This document shows, in pieces, positions 1 through 9,672 of a stretch of DNA of 64,000 nucleotides. This stretch comes from a virus. The first letter of the stretch is position 1; each line of letters starts with the position of its first letter. The notes under the pieces are model-generated. The model had not been told where the DNA came from. It ran no database searches and saw only the letters and a program-made list of their open reading frames with translations. Made by a program: the position numbers and the translations under genes. The stretch is from positions 1 to 64,000 of the IMG/VR virus record IMGVR_UViG_3300032288_004702; one strand, 5' to 3'.

Positions 1-1036
1 AAAGTATTAGATTGCTTTTTGCAATCTTCTGCTTGGTATTTAGGTCGTCCCTATCGAGAAGCTCTTTCAGTTTGAGGAGAGCAAGCCCCTCTGGAGAAGC
101 TTCTTCGTCTATCTGGTGTTGCTGCGGCTCTACCTCATGAAATCCATCTTCAGAAACTTCTTTTGTATTTATTTCCGAGTATTCTTCGTACGCAATTAAA
201 TCTTCGATTGATTTTCCAGCAGACAAGTGGTCGGTTATGTCTTTATGCGATGGGCACACCCATACCTGCGCATCGCATCCAGCTTCAGTAAGTTTTTGCT
301 GGACGTCAAGCGCGTGGCGGATTCCAACTTCGTCATTATCGGCAATAATTTCAACAAGACTGCCAGCAAGTGGTTCAGTGTGCAGTTCAAGCCATTTACC
401 AGCCCCACCTGGCATGGTGGTGGCTATAAAACCGGCCTCAATAAGCGTGTCGGCGTCTTTTTCCCCCTCAACTACCCATACTGGCGCATTATATGCCTTT
501 GCTGAAATAACAGCAGGGAGATTGTAGAGGACTTTAGGAATGTCACCAAGACTGTATTCCCAGCCACCATTCCCATCCGGCTTGCGCTGGCGAAACGTCT
601 TCTTGCCGTCCTCATCCACGTAACGCAGTTTTTGGAAAAGCAAGACTCCGTTTTCATCGGTGTAGTCGTATGTTGCAACTAGTGTCTGTTTTTTCGGTGG
701 CTCAACAGGCCTTGGTGTTGATTGTCTTTGTTCTGTCCTTTTTGGCGCTAGTGTCGGCCTGCTCTCTAGTTTATTGAAATTCCCAAACTCATCTTTAGGG
801 GGCATTAGGTCGGATACGCCAAGACCAACAGCGGAGCAGATTTCTTCGACATTGCATGACATTCCCCGATGACATGTCACCAGTACTCGGCCGTCAGCCC
901 CTTGCCCAACCGAAAGCGACGGATTGGAATCGTCGTTTCTGCATGGACAGCGCGCCACCCAACCAGAACCAGCTTTTCTGACACCATCAAGCAGGCTTAA
1001 AAAATTTTCTGTCTGTGGAGATGGCGATATTGTCAT
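1..1036 (-). CDS. DNA primase (Zn-finger + TOPRIM), partial; C-terminus runs off the left edge (not in the ORF track)
   Basis: Manual translation from ATG at 1036 gives MTISPSPQ...WVARCPCRNDDSNPSLSV...VTCHRGMSC (Zn-binding) and VWVVEGEKDADTL...IIADNDEVG...KDITDHL (TOPRIM E and DxD motifs). No stop was found in the translated part. Confidence 0.85.
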   Translation of the reverse strand, partial: MTISPSPQTENFLSLLDGVRKAGSGWVARCPCRNDDSNPSLSVGQGADGRVLVTCHRGMSCNVEEICSAVGLGVSDLMPPKDEFGNFNKLESRPTLAPKRTEQRQSTPRPVEPPKKQTLVATYDYTDENGVLLFQKLRYVDEDGKKTFRQRKPDGNGGWEYSLGDIPKVLYNLPAVISAKAYNAPVWVVEGEKDADTLIEAGFIATTMPGGAGKWLELHTEPLAGSLVEIIADNDEVGIRHALDVQQKLTEAGCDAQVWVCPSHKDITDHLSAGKSIEDLIAYEEYSEINTKEVSEDGFHEVEPQQHQIDEEASPEGLALLKLKELLDRDDLNTKQKIAKSNLIL

Positions 1037-1052
1037 TTCTTCCGTCTTAGCA

Positions 1053-1376
1053 CTACTGGGGGAGAAGGATATTAACAGGTACGCGCGGTACTGGAATAAT
1101 ATTTAACTGCTTGCGCATCTTGTATCTCTCTCGCTCTGTTGCTCCACCCCATATTCCGAACATCTCGTGGTAAAGAGCGTAAGAAAGGCATTCAATTCTA
1201 ATTGCACATTCGGAGCAGATTTTCTTAGCAGTCTCAGTGTCCGCTTTTGCCTGTCTGTACTTTTTTGAAAACTGACCAGGCTCTGTTTTGTCGGCTAGCG
1301 GGAACCACATCTCTGGATTCTTCCCAACACATGCCCCTCCCCGTGGCAGTTCATCAATGCGACGAATAGGCGTCAT
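1053..1376 (-). CDS. whiB: WhiB-family Fe-S transcription factor
   Basis: Four Cys (C...CSEC.....C), WFP after the first Cys, FGIWGG turn followed by ERER; classic WhiB signature. Confidence 0.93.
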   Translation of the reverse strand: MTPIRRIDELPRGGACVGKNPEMWFPLADKTEPGQFSKKYRQAKADTETAKKICSECAIRIECLSYALYHEMFGIWGGATERERYKMRKQLNIIPVPRVPVNILLPQ

Positions 1377-1403
1377 GTTCCCTCCCTATTTTGGCGGAAT
1401 TTA

Positions 1404-1814
1404 TTATTCCCCCGCTAATCGACTAATGTCTCGTGCAGAAAGATACACGACTGCACTGCGAATTACAAGGACTCCGTTGACATCTTCCGCAGCAACATCA
1501 ACAGCTTCCATTGGGACACCTATTCTCGCCGCTATGGCAGCTCGCGTTTTTTCAATCCGTGTCTCTTCTTCGGCGAGGTTGTCGTCATAAAAAACACTCT
1601 GGATGGGCGGTGCTGTTAGCTTCTTCAGCTCTGCCGCTTGCTCTTCCGCGCGCAAACACCACATACATGCTATTTCTTCCGAAGTAGCAGCACGCTTGCG
1701 AACATCGACATGTCCGCACTCAAGCTTATGGTTGTAGGTAAGTTGACCCCATCTACCGATTTTTTCGATAGAGATTATTTTTTTCCTTGGGGCTCGGCGT
1801 CGCTCTGTCGTCAT
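1404..1814 (-). CDS. hypothetical protein, probable Zn ribbon
   Basis: 136-aa ORF with LECGH...CMWC, in line with its minus-strand neighbours. Confidence 0.65.
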   Translation of the reverse strand: MTTERRRAPRKKIISIEKIGRWGQLTYNHKLECGHVDVRKRAATSEEIACMWCLRAEEQAAELKKLTAPPIQSVFYDDNLAEEETRIEKTRAAIAARIGVPMEAVDVAAEDVNGVLVIRSAVVYLSARDISRLAGE

Positions 1815-1842
1815 CCGGCAAGATTTTTCTTACCGTTATTTC

Positions 1843-2307
1843 TTAGTGCTTAAAAAACTTCTTGAAGAAGCGCTTAAGGACACCATTTTTGGCGTTTAGA
1901 TTTATCTCAACCTTGTCGTTCTTGACGGAAATAAAGTCTGATGACTCCTCGTCAACCCACTCCTTGGCCCACTCGACAATTGTGTCTCGGGCGTCATCAA
2001 GGAGGTCGATTTTAATTGACTCTGTCGAATCAAGCGCCTCCATCATTTTCGCATTTAGGGATTCCATCATCTCCCCATGCATGATTTCGTGGGCCTCAAT
2101 TGAATTGACTGCTTCAAAAGCCGATTCGATTGTCTGCTTGGGCTTCTTGGGCGCCGCCTTCTTCGCAGGCGCTGCCTTCTTCGCGGGCGCCTTTTTAGCT
2201 GGCTGCTTCTTAGCTACAGCCTTCTTGGCGGGCGCCTTTTTTGCGGGTGCCTTCTTGGCTGGAGATTTCTTTGGTTGGCTTTTCTTCTTGCTATCGCTCA
2301 TGCTCAA
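1843..2307 (-). CDS. histone H1-like Lys/Ala/Pro-rich protein
   Basis: N-terminal PAKKA repeats (about 8) followed by an acidic half; -10-like TAGTGT 6 nt before ATG. Confidence 0.7.
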   Translation of the reverse strand: MSMSDSKKKSQPKKSPAKKAPAKKAPAKKAVAKKQPAKKAPAKKAAPAKKAAPKKPKQTIESAFEAVNSIEAHEIMHGEMMESLNAKMMEALDSTESIKIDLLDDARDTIVEWAKEWVDEESSDFISVKNDKVEINLNAKNGVLKRFFKKFFKH

Positions 2308-2392
2308 ACACTAGCGCACCCATGGGTGCCGTGTGTGAAAAGAGGTTTATTTCTTTACCTTAAAATATAGACGCACAAACTAGAATCTGCCC

Positions 2393-3031
2393 ATGGAGCA
2401 GTATGTCAATGATTTTAGCAAAATGGCCCTGGCTCTTACGTCTGCCCAGATGGCAAAAGATGATGCAGTCCAGGAGCATGGGGTTGGCGAGGAGCTGGCA
2501 ATCCACTTTCTAGCGTGGGTAGATGATGGCCTGATTGCAATCTGCCAAATGAACGCCGAAACAGTCAAGCTCGAGCCGGAAATAAGATTCAACAGGTGTA
2601 AAGACTTGTGTAAAATTATGCGCAAAGACATGTGGGCGAGCGCCATAACAATGGTTTCCGAGGGCTACTGCTCTTTGGACTCCTCAAAAACCCACGACAT
2701 GGACCTGTCAATTGCCTTTGCCGACCCCAAAATGCCGGTCTATGAATGCATAACAATCTCACACGTCTCAATAGAAGAAGAAACGGGCCATATAGCTCCG
2801 GTTTCAATGGTTGCGGCACCATACAAGGTCGGCGTAGGCAGGAAGGTTCAATGGAAAGAGGTTTTGGTGTATCCAGAAAAGGCCGAGGAACACACCAAAC
2901 AGGCTAAATACCCGTCAATGCTGAAGAGGGTAATGCAAATGACCCCGAACGACGGAATCAGCGATGAAAGCCTCTTGGAAACATCGCAAAAAATAGCCAA
3001 TTTAGGCTTTGTTGTGCAAAGTATTATTTAG
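2393..3031 (+). CDS. hypothetical protein
   Basis: 212-aa ORF with TAGAAT 6 nt upstream of ATG. Confidence 0.7.
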   Translation: MEQYVNDFSKMALALTSAQMAKDDAVQEHGVGEELAIHFLAWVDDGLIAICQMNAETVKLEPEIRFNRCKDLCKIMRKDMWASAITMVSEGYCSLDSSKTHDMDLSIAFADPKMPVYECITISHVSIEEETGHIAPVSMVAAPYKVGVGRKVQWKEVLVYPEKAEEHTKQAKYPSMLKRVMQMTPNDGISDESLLETSQKIANLGFVVQSII

Positions 3032-3043
3032 TAAACTTTATAT

Positions 3044-3379
3044 ATGAACCCGTTTTATACTAGCCCTGGATTCGGCGAAATATCAATATTTGAAGACGGG
3101 CTTAATGGCGTCAAGATTTCACGTGCGGACCGACTGCCGTGCCCCGTGTGTGGACACCCAACGGGAGACTGCACTGGCGACAGTGCGCCATTGTCTCCAG
3201 AAAAAGTTTGGGGATACAACACAAACTCATCGCTTGATGATTCGGTGAGTTATTATTTCGAAGAAGATTATGTAGAAGAGCGAGAAATTGCTCCGGGAAT
3301 AATCACAAAAGTGGTTATCCACAAGAGAGGAAAAAACATCCCTCTCTCTGAAGCCAAAAAATTGGGGCTCGTAAAATAA
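3044..3379 (+). CDS. hypothetical protein with CPVCGH..GDC motif
   Basis: 111-aa ORF with TAAACT 6 nt upstream of ATG. Confidence 0.65.
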   Translation: MNPFYTSPGFGEISIFEDGLNGVKISRADRLPCPVCGHPTGDCTGDSAPLSPEKVWGYNTNSSLDDSVSYYFEEDYVEEREIAPGIITKVVIHKRGKNIPLSEAKKLGLVK

Positions 3380-3469
3380 ATCTCATCGTCTCTCGACTTT
3401 TTCTGTATTTGTTCTTGCGCTAAACTCTTTCTCTCGCGTCATCACACGACCTACTTAAGACAGGAAATC

Positions 3470-5395
3470 ATGAGCATTATTGATAACGAATTTGTTGCGT
3501 CCTACTCGAATCGACCAGTTCCGTGGGGTTTTAACGGAATGGGTGAAATCGTTTTTCTTCGCACCTATAGCAGAACAAAAGACGATGGCTCGATTGAGAC
3601 ATGGGGCGAAACAATCCAGCGGGTTATCAATGGCGCTGTTGAAATTGGAGTCCCATATACGAGAGCAGAAGCAGAAGAGCTTTTTGACCATATGTACAAC
3701 CTGCGCTGCTCAATGAGCGGTCGCGCTCTGTGGCAGTTGGGCACATCGATGGTTTCACGTTTTGGCGGAGCATCTCTCAACAACTGCTACTTCACAAATA
3801 TTGAAAAGATTGAAGACTTTGAGTTTCTTTTCGATTACTTAATGCTTGGAGGTGGAGTCGGATTTTCCGTAGAGCGCTCAAAGATTCACGATTTGCCCAA
3901 AGTAAAAACTGGTGTGACAATTACGCACGAGCGGACAAACGATGCAGACATTATTGTTCCTGATAGTCGCACTGGGTGGCGCCGACTGCTTCATAGCGTG
4001 CTTAAGTCGTATTTTGATACCGGAAAGTCGTTTAGCTACTCGACAATTTTGATTCGCGAATTTGGTGCGCCGCTGAAGACTTTCGGCGGAACGGCATCCG
4101 GTCCTGGGGCTCTAATTGAGGGCATCACCGACATTTGCAAAGTTCTCGATAATCGAGTTGGGAAAAAGCTGAGGTCAGTAGATGTTTTGGATATTTGTAA
4201 CATTATTGGTCGCATTGTTGTGTCCGGCTCGTCTAGGCGGTCCGCGCAAATAGCAATGGGTGACCCAGATGATGTGCTCTTCCTGCGCGCAAAAAACTGG
4301 GGTTCTGGCAACATTCCTGGGTGGAGAGCCAATAGTAATAACTCTCTTTATGCAGATGGCTGGGATGAGATGCCCAATGAATTGTGGCGTGGATATGACG
4401 GTTCTGGTGAGCCGTATGGCCTGGTTAACCGCAAACTAGCGCGCACATACGGAAGATTGGGGGAGAAGCGTCCCGACCCAACAATTGAAGGCTTCAACCC
4501 ATGTGCAGAAATTGGTCTAGCGGACGGCGAGTCGTGCAATCTTGCAACAATATTTTTGCCGAATGTTGAGTCACTTCCACAGCTTCTCTCCATATCACGA
4601 CTTCTTTACATGACGCAGAAGCAAATCACCAGATTGCCGTACCCGTACGAGAAGACAACATCAATCGTTAAGCAGAACGCTCGTCTCGGCCAGAGCATCA
4701 CTGGGGTTCTGCAAGCCACAGAGCAGCAGATTGAGTGGCTTGATGCGACATATAAGTACCTGAGAGACCTTGATGCTGAGTACTCAGCAGCAAACGGGTT
4801 CCCTGAGTCGGTAAGAATGACGACAGTTCAGCCGTCGGGAACGCTTTCCCTTCTTCCTGGCGTAACGCCCGGAATCCACCCAGCGTTTGCCCCCTACTAC
4901 ATCCGCCGTGTTCGTTTTGGTTCAGCCGACCCGCTTGTTGACGCCTGCCGCAAGCGTGGCTACAAGGTCGTATGGGATATCGGAATCGACGGTCGTGAAG
5001 ACCACACTAGATATGTCGTTGAATTCCCATGCATGTCGCCAGAGGGCTCAACGATGGCTAGCGAAATGACCGCCGTACAGCAGCTCGAATGGGTTAAGAA
5101 AATGCAGACCGAGTGGGCAGATAACGCTGTTTCGGTTACTGTGTATTACCGAAAAGAAGAGCTAGACAGCATCAAGGAATGGCTGTCAAAGAACTACGAC
5201 AAGAGCGTGAAGTCTGTTTCTTTCCTACTACACAGTGACCACAACTTTGTTCTCCCCCCATACGAGGAAATCAGCAAAGATGCTTACGACAAAATGGTTT
5301 CAAAGATTGATTTCTCCATTCCGCTTGTTCAGTCTCGATTCGACGGAGAGCTGGACATGGACAATTGCGCCACAGGAGCCTGTCCTGTAAAGTAA
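3470..5395 (+). CDS. nrdJ: class II (B12-dependent) ribonucleotide reductase
   Basis: RTYSR, NNCYF, GGGVGFS, RRSAQI, NPCAEI thiyl-Cys motif, TTVQPSGT and C-terminal CATGACP; RBS AGGA. Confidence 0.95.
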   Translation: MSIIDNEFVASYSNRPVPWGFNGMGEIVFLRTYSRTKDDGSIETWGETIQRVINGAVEIGVPYTRAEAEELFDHMYNLRCSMSGRALWQLGTSMVSRFGGASLNNCYFTNIEKIEDFEFLFDYLMLGGGVGFSVERSKIHDLPKVKTGVTITHERTNDADIIVPDSRTGWRRLLHSVLKSYFDTGKSFSYSTILIREFGAPLKTFGGTASGPGALIEGITDICKVLDNRVGKKLRSVDVLDICNIIGRIVVSGSSRRSAQIAMGDPDDVLFLRAKNWGSGNIPGWRANSNNSLYADGWDEMPNELWRGYDGSGEPYGLVNRKLARTYGRLGEKRPDPTIEGFNPCAEIGLADGESCNLATIFLPNVESLPQLLSISRLLYMTQKQITRLPYPYEKTTSIVKQNARLGQSITGVLQATEQQIEWLDATYKYLRDLDAEYSAANGFPESVRMTTVQPSGTLSLLPGVTPGIHPAFAPYYIRRVRFGSADPLVDACRKRGYKVVWDIGIDGREDHTRYVVEFPCMSPEGSTMASEMTAVQQLEWVKKMQTEWADNAVSVTVYYRKEELDSIKEWLSKNYDKSVKSVSFLLHSDHNFVLPPYEEISKDAYDKMVSKIDFSIPLVQSRFDGELDMDNCATGACPVK

Positions 5396-5400
5396 TTGGC

Positions 5401-5907
5401 ATGTCCAAAAACATGTCCATGGAAGATAGGTTCTTCCAGAAGGTGCGGAAAACAGATTCATGCTGGCTTTGGACTGGCGCGCTCAACTCGCGTGGCTACG
5501 GGGCATTTGGCGTTAATGGGAAATCCGTTAGTGCCCATAGGTACTCGTATGAAACGTACGTAGGGCCCATACCGGAAGGCATGGTTGTTTGCCATTCTTG
5601 TGATATTCGCAACTGTGTCAACCCGCAGCACCTGTGGGTTGGGTCGACTGCAGATAACAATAAGGACATGTTTCAAAAAGAAAGAAACGGCTCCTCAACA
5701 AGAAGACAAACGCACTGCAGAAGGGGCCATGACTTTTCTGAATACGGCGTATATGAAAGAAAACGCAAGGACGGCACTATCGATAGATTTTGTCGGGAGT
5801 GCAAAAGAATCTCTTCTGAAAAACGACGCAATAGCCCTGAGACGCGCGAGGCATATCTCGCATACCAGCGTGAATACCAAAGAAAATATTACCGCCGGGA
5901 TAGGTAG
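5401..5907 (+). CDS. HNH endonuclease (freestanding, homing type)
   Basis: CWLWTGA..RGYG...AHRYSY...VCHSCDIRNCVNPQHL...NNKD plus C-terminal THCRRGH...CREC; start reassigned to ATG 5401. Confidence 0.9.
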   Translation: MSKNMSMEDRFFQKVRKTDSCWLWTGALNSRGYGAFGVNGKSVSAHRYSYETYVGPIPEGMVVCHSCDIRNCVNPQHLWVGSTADNNKDMFQKERNGSSTRRQTHCRRGHDFSEYGVYERKRKDGTIDRFCRECKRISSEKRRNSPETREAYLAYQREYQRKYYRRDR

Positions 5908-5913
5908 CTTCTG

Positions 5914-5989
<76 letters not shown>

Positions 5990-6008
5990 CTTTCTATAAG
6001 ATAGCAGA

Positions 6009-6374
6009 ATGAAAGAGTACATAAATTCTGACCCAGAATTTCAGAACATTCTCGACCGTTTTGCCGACAACATTCCGGCACGGATAGATTGCGGTTATGG
6101 CTGGGCAGGCCTAATCAGGGAGTGCGATGAGACGCTATTTTCTCTTGACCCAAATTACGAAATTGCGCAGATAAAAGAGAAGTTCGGCGGGCTTAGGTTT
6201 TACTTCAATCCGACCGACATGAATCAGTACAGCAAACTTAACTCTATCGTGATGGCCATAGAAGAGAAATCTCTAGAGACCTGCGAGGAGTGTGGAGAGC
6301 CCGGGTACCGGAGACGCCGGCACGACACTGGATATATGTATACGTCGTGCGACGAACACGAAAACAGAGGCTAA
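6009..6374 (+). CDS. conserved phage hypothetical protein (QIKEKFGGLRFY...CEECG family)
   Basis: Motif is typical of a widespread phage family; TAAGAT 6 nt before ATG. Confidence 0.75.
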   Translation: MKEYINSDPEFQNILDRFADNIPARIDCGYGWAGLIRECDETLFSLDPNYEIAQIKEKFGGLRFYFNPTDMNQYSKLNSIVMAIEEKSLETCEECGEPGYRRRRHDTGYMYTSCDEHENRG

Positions 6375-6500
6375 CTATTCCCACATTTCAGGGTTGGGGT
6401 GCCTCGATGCCCGCCTAAGCCCAATGGATACTCTTGCGGCCATAAACGAGCCAACAAGAAGAGTGACAAACGTAATTAGTCTACTTACTTTTGGTTTCAC
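6375..6500 (-). CDS. small putative membrane protein (41 aa)
   Basis: GTG at 6500 overlaps the upstream stop; hydrophobic LITFVTLLVGSFMAA. Confidence 0.4.
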   Translation of the reverse strand: MKPKVSRLITFVTLLVGSFMAARVSIGLRRASRHPNPEMWE

Positions 6501-6936
6501 GTATTGGACCACCGGTAACCCATGCCCTACATGTGCGCTCTGATGCACACTTAAAGTCAAATGCTTCGCAATAACCAAGCTCTCCAGCGGAGTCTATTGC
6601 ATCCCATTCATCCTGTCGCTCATCGCCGACCAGTCCGGACTTAATGCATGACTTCATTTCTGGGGTAACAATAAATACAGCACAGTTACCGCAACGCTGC
6701 TTCTTTGCTTCGGATTCAGACACATCCCATTCCTTAGCCATTTTTGCCCAGTACTCTTCGTTAGGTTCAGAAGGATTTAACGGTCCGTAGTCAGCCACGG
6801 CAATAGATTTTTTTCTATTTTCTAGATTTACGGCTATGTCTTTTGTGGCTGTCGGGCATGATTCTGGGTCTGCCTTTGCCTCTATGCGAAAACCATTAAT
6901 TGGCCCGGTGTACGAACCCCATCTAATATCTGTCAT
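6481..6936 (-). CDS. Cys-rich (HiPIP-like) head-module protein
   Basis: CGNCAVF...GYC...FKCASERTCRAW; ATG 6936 overlaps the stop of the nuclease gene (ATGA). Confidence 0.7.
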   Translation of the reverse strand: MTDIRWGSYTGPINGFRIEAKADPESCPTATKDIAVNLENRKKSIAVADYGPLNPSEPNEEYWAKMAKEWDVSESEAKKQRCGNCAVFIVTPEMKSCIKSGLVGDERQDEWDAIDSAGELGYCEAFDFKCASERTCRAWVTGGPIRETKSK

Positions 6937-7334
6937 TTTCTGAATTCCTCCCAAGTCTTGTCGCCGACACCAAAATAGGCACGCGCATAACCAGAGGACA
7001 CTATATCCGAGTTGAGACAGGCAGTCAGCTCCGACTTTACGTCTTTGTCGGAGTAAACCATTGCCAGTATTCTGCCGTATTTGTCATCTTTGCCAGCGAT
7101 TGTGTTGATAAACACTTCACTATGTCTAGTTGCCCAGTCTGAGGTGAATGATTTTGCCTTCATTCCAAGCTCTTTTTCAGCGAGGTCTTTTGTTCTTGAT
7201 TCCGGGGTGTTGACCCCATATAGCCTAACCCTGGCCTTATGGTGGATATTAAAGCCAAGGTCAATCATTACATCCAGAGTGTCGCCATCAATTACTTTCA
7301 AGACCCGCGCAGAGTACCAAAACTGCTCAGCCAT
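6933..7334 (-). CDS. SNase/thermonuclease-family nuclease
   Basis: VIDGDT, RVRLYGVNTPE and DKYGRILA motifs. Confidence 0.9.
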   Translation of the reverse strand: MAEQFWYSARVLKVIDGDTLDVMIDLGFNIHHKARVRLYGVNTPESRTKDLAEKELGMKAKSFTSDWATRHSEVFINTIAGKDDKYGRILAMVYSDKDVKSELTACLNSDIVSSGYARAYFGVGDKTWEEFRK

Positions 7335-8130
7335 TCTTGGCCTTTTTTGCTCGTCTTTTTTTCATCATGGCTGATGCTTTTTTGATTCTGTCTTTATCGA
7401 AATTGTCTGACGGCATGTACCCCATCGACTTTCCATATACAGCAGAAAGCTCGCCCATTACAAAGATTCTAATATCCAGGTCGTCTAGCTCGTCTCCGGA
7501 AATTACTGTTGGCATCGCCTTGTATAAAATTCCAGCAAGGTCTGCATTTTTTATTTCATCAAAATAATTCCCATCAGATGTTTTATTAAACACATCTAGA
7601 ACATATTCGGATTTCTTCTTTGTATTTTGGTATCTCTCAAGCAGTCTTCTGCCCTTGGCTGCCAACTTCTTTGCATCCTCAATGTTTTGAGGAACCGGTT
7701 CACCCCAGGCCGCAGCAGATAGAGCAAGTCTGGTTGCTCTGCCCTTCTCGTCTTTCATTGGGCCTGAAGGGTTGGTGAAAAATCTAGTCAGAAAAGAGCC
7801 TTTTCTTCTCATTTTCTGTGGGGTATTAGCAGCACCACGTACGCCCGGTTTCAGGTTTGCCCCCTCTTTCCTTTTAAAGTAGGCCCTGCCGGCTGCTGTC
7901 AGTCCACCCTTCGGGTCTCTTAGGACCGGTTTCTTTTGCCCCTTCTCAAGAATGTCAATAAATACATCTGAGCCATAGTATTCGTCAAATATCGGCTGCA
8001 TCTCCAGGCGCTTCAGCTCAATTAGGGACTGTTCCGCTATCTGCTCTAGCAGCAGTTCAGCCTCAATCTGATTTGCAATACTCTGCAACTCTTCATAGAG
8101 CTTTTCTGTTTCATCAATAGGATTTGTCAT
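7327..8130 (-). CDS. DUF6321-like domain protein
   Basis: DPKGGLTAAGRAYF...NLKP...RRKGSFLTRF...KDEKG..TRLAL...W resembles DUF6321; recognised from memory. Confidence 0.65.
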   Translation of the reverse strand: MTNPIDETEKLYEELQSIANQIEAELLLEQIAEQSLIELKRLEMQPIFDEYYGSDVFIDILEKGQKKPVLRDPKGGLTAAGRAYFKRKEGANLKPGVRGAANTPQKMRRKGSFLTRFFTNPSGPMKDEKGRATRLALSAAAWGEPVPQNIEDAKKLAAKGRRLLERYQNTKKKSEYVLDVFNKTSDGNYFDEIKNADLAGILYKAMPTVISGDELDDLDIRIFVMGELSAVYGKSMGYMPSDNFDKDRIKKASAMMKKRRAKKAKNG

Positions 8131-8160
8131 ATATATAATCTTCCCACATTTCTCGGCACA

Positions 8161-8217
8161 AACGGCAAACCCCCGGTTTCACCGCCTATTCAGCGATTAC
8201 TCCCGGGGGCGCCCGTT
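8161..8217 (-). terminator. long hairpin downstream of the MCP (terminator-like, with an internal AGUA/GAA loop)
   Basis: Minus strand reads GCCCCCGG-G-AGUA-AUCGCU-GAAUA-GGCGGU-GAA-A-CCGGGGGU, followed by UUGCCGUUU. Confidence 0.65.
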
Positions 8218-8231
8218 GATTTAGCTACCTA

Positions 8232-9587
8232 TCAGGCAGGAGCGCTGTCGAAGTCCACCTTCACGAAGGCCTCTGGGCGCTTGACGGCTAGTGCCAGTCT
8301 CTGCTCTGCGAGGATGACGATGGCGTTGCGGACGAAGAAGTCCGAGTGCTGCTCGCTGATGCGGATGCTGGCCTCTTCGCGGTCGTACAGCTGAGCGCCG
8401 GTGCCGAAAGCTCCGACAAGGGCTGTACCCTCTTCCATCGCTGGGGTGTCGACGATTGGCATTCTCCAGACGCGTGGCTCGCCACCCATCGCAACAGAAA
8501 CTGCGATGAGGTATTGACCCTGCTCGTCCTTCGTCAGCTCGATGTCCTCCCAGTCGTTCGGGTGCAATACGACGCCCGATGGCTCGTAGTAAGCGAGGAA
8601 CGAGAGAGTTGCAGCGCGGCGGATTGCGTCAGCCTTGGTGTCGGCGACCGGTGCGGCAACGCCGTCCGACCATGCGTACTCCTGAATGTTCGGTGTCTGA
8701 AGAACGCCGAGCAGGTTCTCGCCAGTGCCATCGCCGTTGAGGATTTGGTTATCCTCAAGAAGACGAAGACCGTACATGAGCTCGTTGTCGATGATTGAAC
8801 GCAGCTGCGGCTCATCGGCAAGAACGTTACGGTGTGCTGCTTCCCAGTGCGCAAGGGTGCGAACCGGAGCCTGCTCGCCAACAAAGGCGAACGATGACTG
8901 CGGCTTGATACCGAATGCGGTGTTACCAGCGTTGCGCTCAGCGACAGAAGAAGCTGAGTTCGTGCCATGACCAGCCTGAAGCGTGGTGAAGCCGAGCTGA
9001 CGGAAGTACTCAATCACTGCGGCATTTGTCTTGCGGACCGGGAACAGGTCGCGAACGCGCTTGGTGCGCATTGGCGGTGTTACCATCGGGTCACGCTGGA
9101 CGGTGCCGAATGAACCGAGACGGCTGTCGCCAACTGCAGTTGTCGGCAGGCCTGAGTACACGTCCTTCACGTTGTATGAAGTTAGTGAAGCAGCAACTTG
9201 CCACGGAGCAGCCATGTTTGCACCGTTGCGGCCACCATTGAGGGCCTTGAACTCTGCTGACTCAAGGAACAGCTGACCGATGCTCTTGATTTCGCGTGAT
9301 GAAAGCTGGCTTAGGTCTGCAGCGGCAGCGGCGTATGCAGCAGCAGCTGAGTCACCTGAAGGCTGTGAGCCCCAGCTGTCAACGTTGTTCATGGTCTCAA
9401 GGTCGCCAAGCAGTGACTTGATTTCCTTGATGTCGCGCATGTTCTTGTCGAATGCGCTCTTTTGCTCTGGAGTAACGACAACGGTGCCGTCCTCAACTCT
9501 GAATGAATCTGCGATGGTCTTATTGTCTGCCATCTTCTGACGGAGTGCTGATTGCAGCTCCTCGATGCGGGCTTTGTCTTCCGACAT
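8232..9587 (-). CDS. major capsid protein, HK97 fold, with N-terminal delta/scaffold domain
   Basis: RVRDLFP, KPQSS, PVRTLAHW, QILNGDGTGENLLG, FFVRNAIVILAEQRLALAVKRPEAFVK; strong RBS GAGGAG. Confidence 0.96.
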   Translation of the reverse strand: MSEDKARIEELQSALRQKMADNKTIADSFRVEDGTVVVTPEQKSAFDKNMRDIKEIKSLLGDLETMNNVDSWGSQPSGDSAAAAYAAAAADLSQLSSREIKSIGQLFLESAEFKALNGGRNGANMAAPWQVAASLTSYNVKDVYSGLPTTAVGDSRLGSFGTVQRDPMVTPPMRTKRVRDLFPVRKTNAAVIEYFRQLGFTTLQAGHGTNSASSVAERNAGNTAFGIKPQSSFAFVGEQAPVRTLAHWEAAHRNVLADEPQLRSIIDNELMYGLRLLEDNQILNGDGTGENLLGVLQTPNIQEYAWSDGVAAPVADTKADAIRRAATLSFLAYYEPSGVVLHPNDWEDIELTKDEQGQYLIAVSVAMGGEPRVWRMPIVDTPAMEEGTALVGAFGTGAQLYDREEASIRISEQHSDFFVRNAIVILAEQRLALAVKRPEAFVKVDFDSAPA

Positions 9588-9672
9588 TACTTTTCTCCTC
9601 TTTTGAGATTAAGTGATTTGGGTTGTTGGGTTAGCAATGGCTTAGGTCAGCACCCAGCCCTACATATAAACA

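Noticed and set aside
227-1106. Short plus-strand ORFs at the left end, and the many antisense ORFs across the long genes
   Set aside because: They are shadows of the primase and other real genes, with no motifs or RBS.
3470-5395. Intein or intron in nrdJ (terL also checked)
   Set aside because: Both proteins have normal lengths (641 and 437 aa) and contiguous motifs, with no C...HN splice motifs.
8170-8210. Hammerhead ribozyme (CTGA...GAAA)
   Set aside because: CUGAAUAG does not match CUGANGA, and the three-stem topology is missing.
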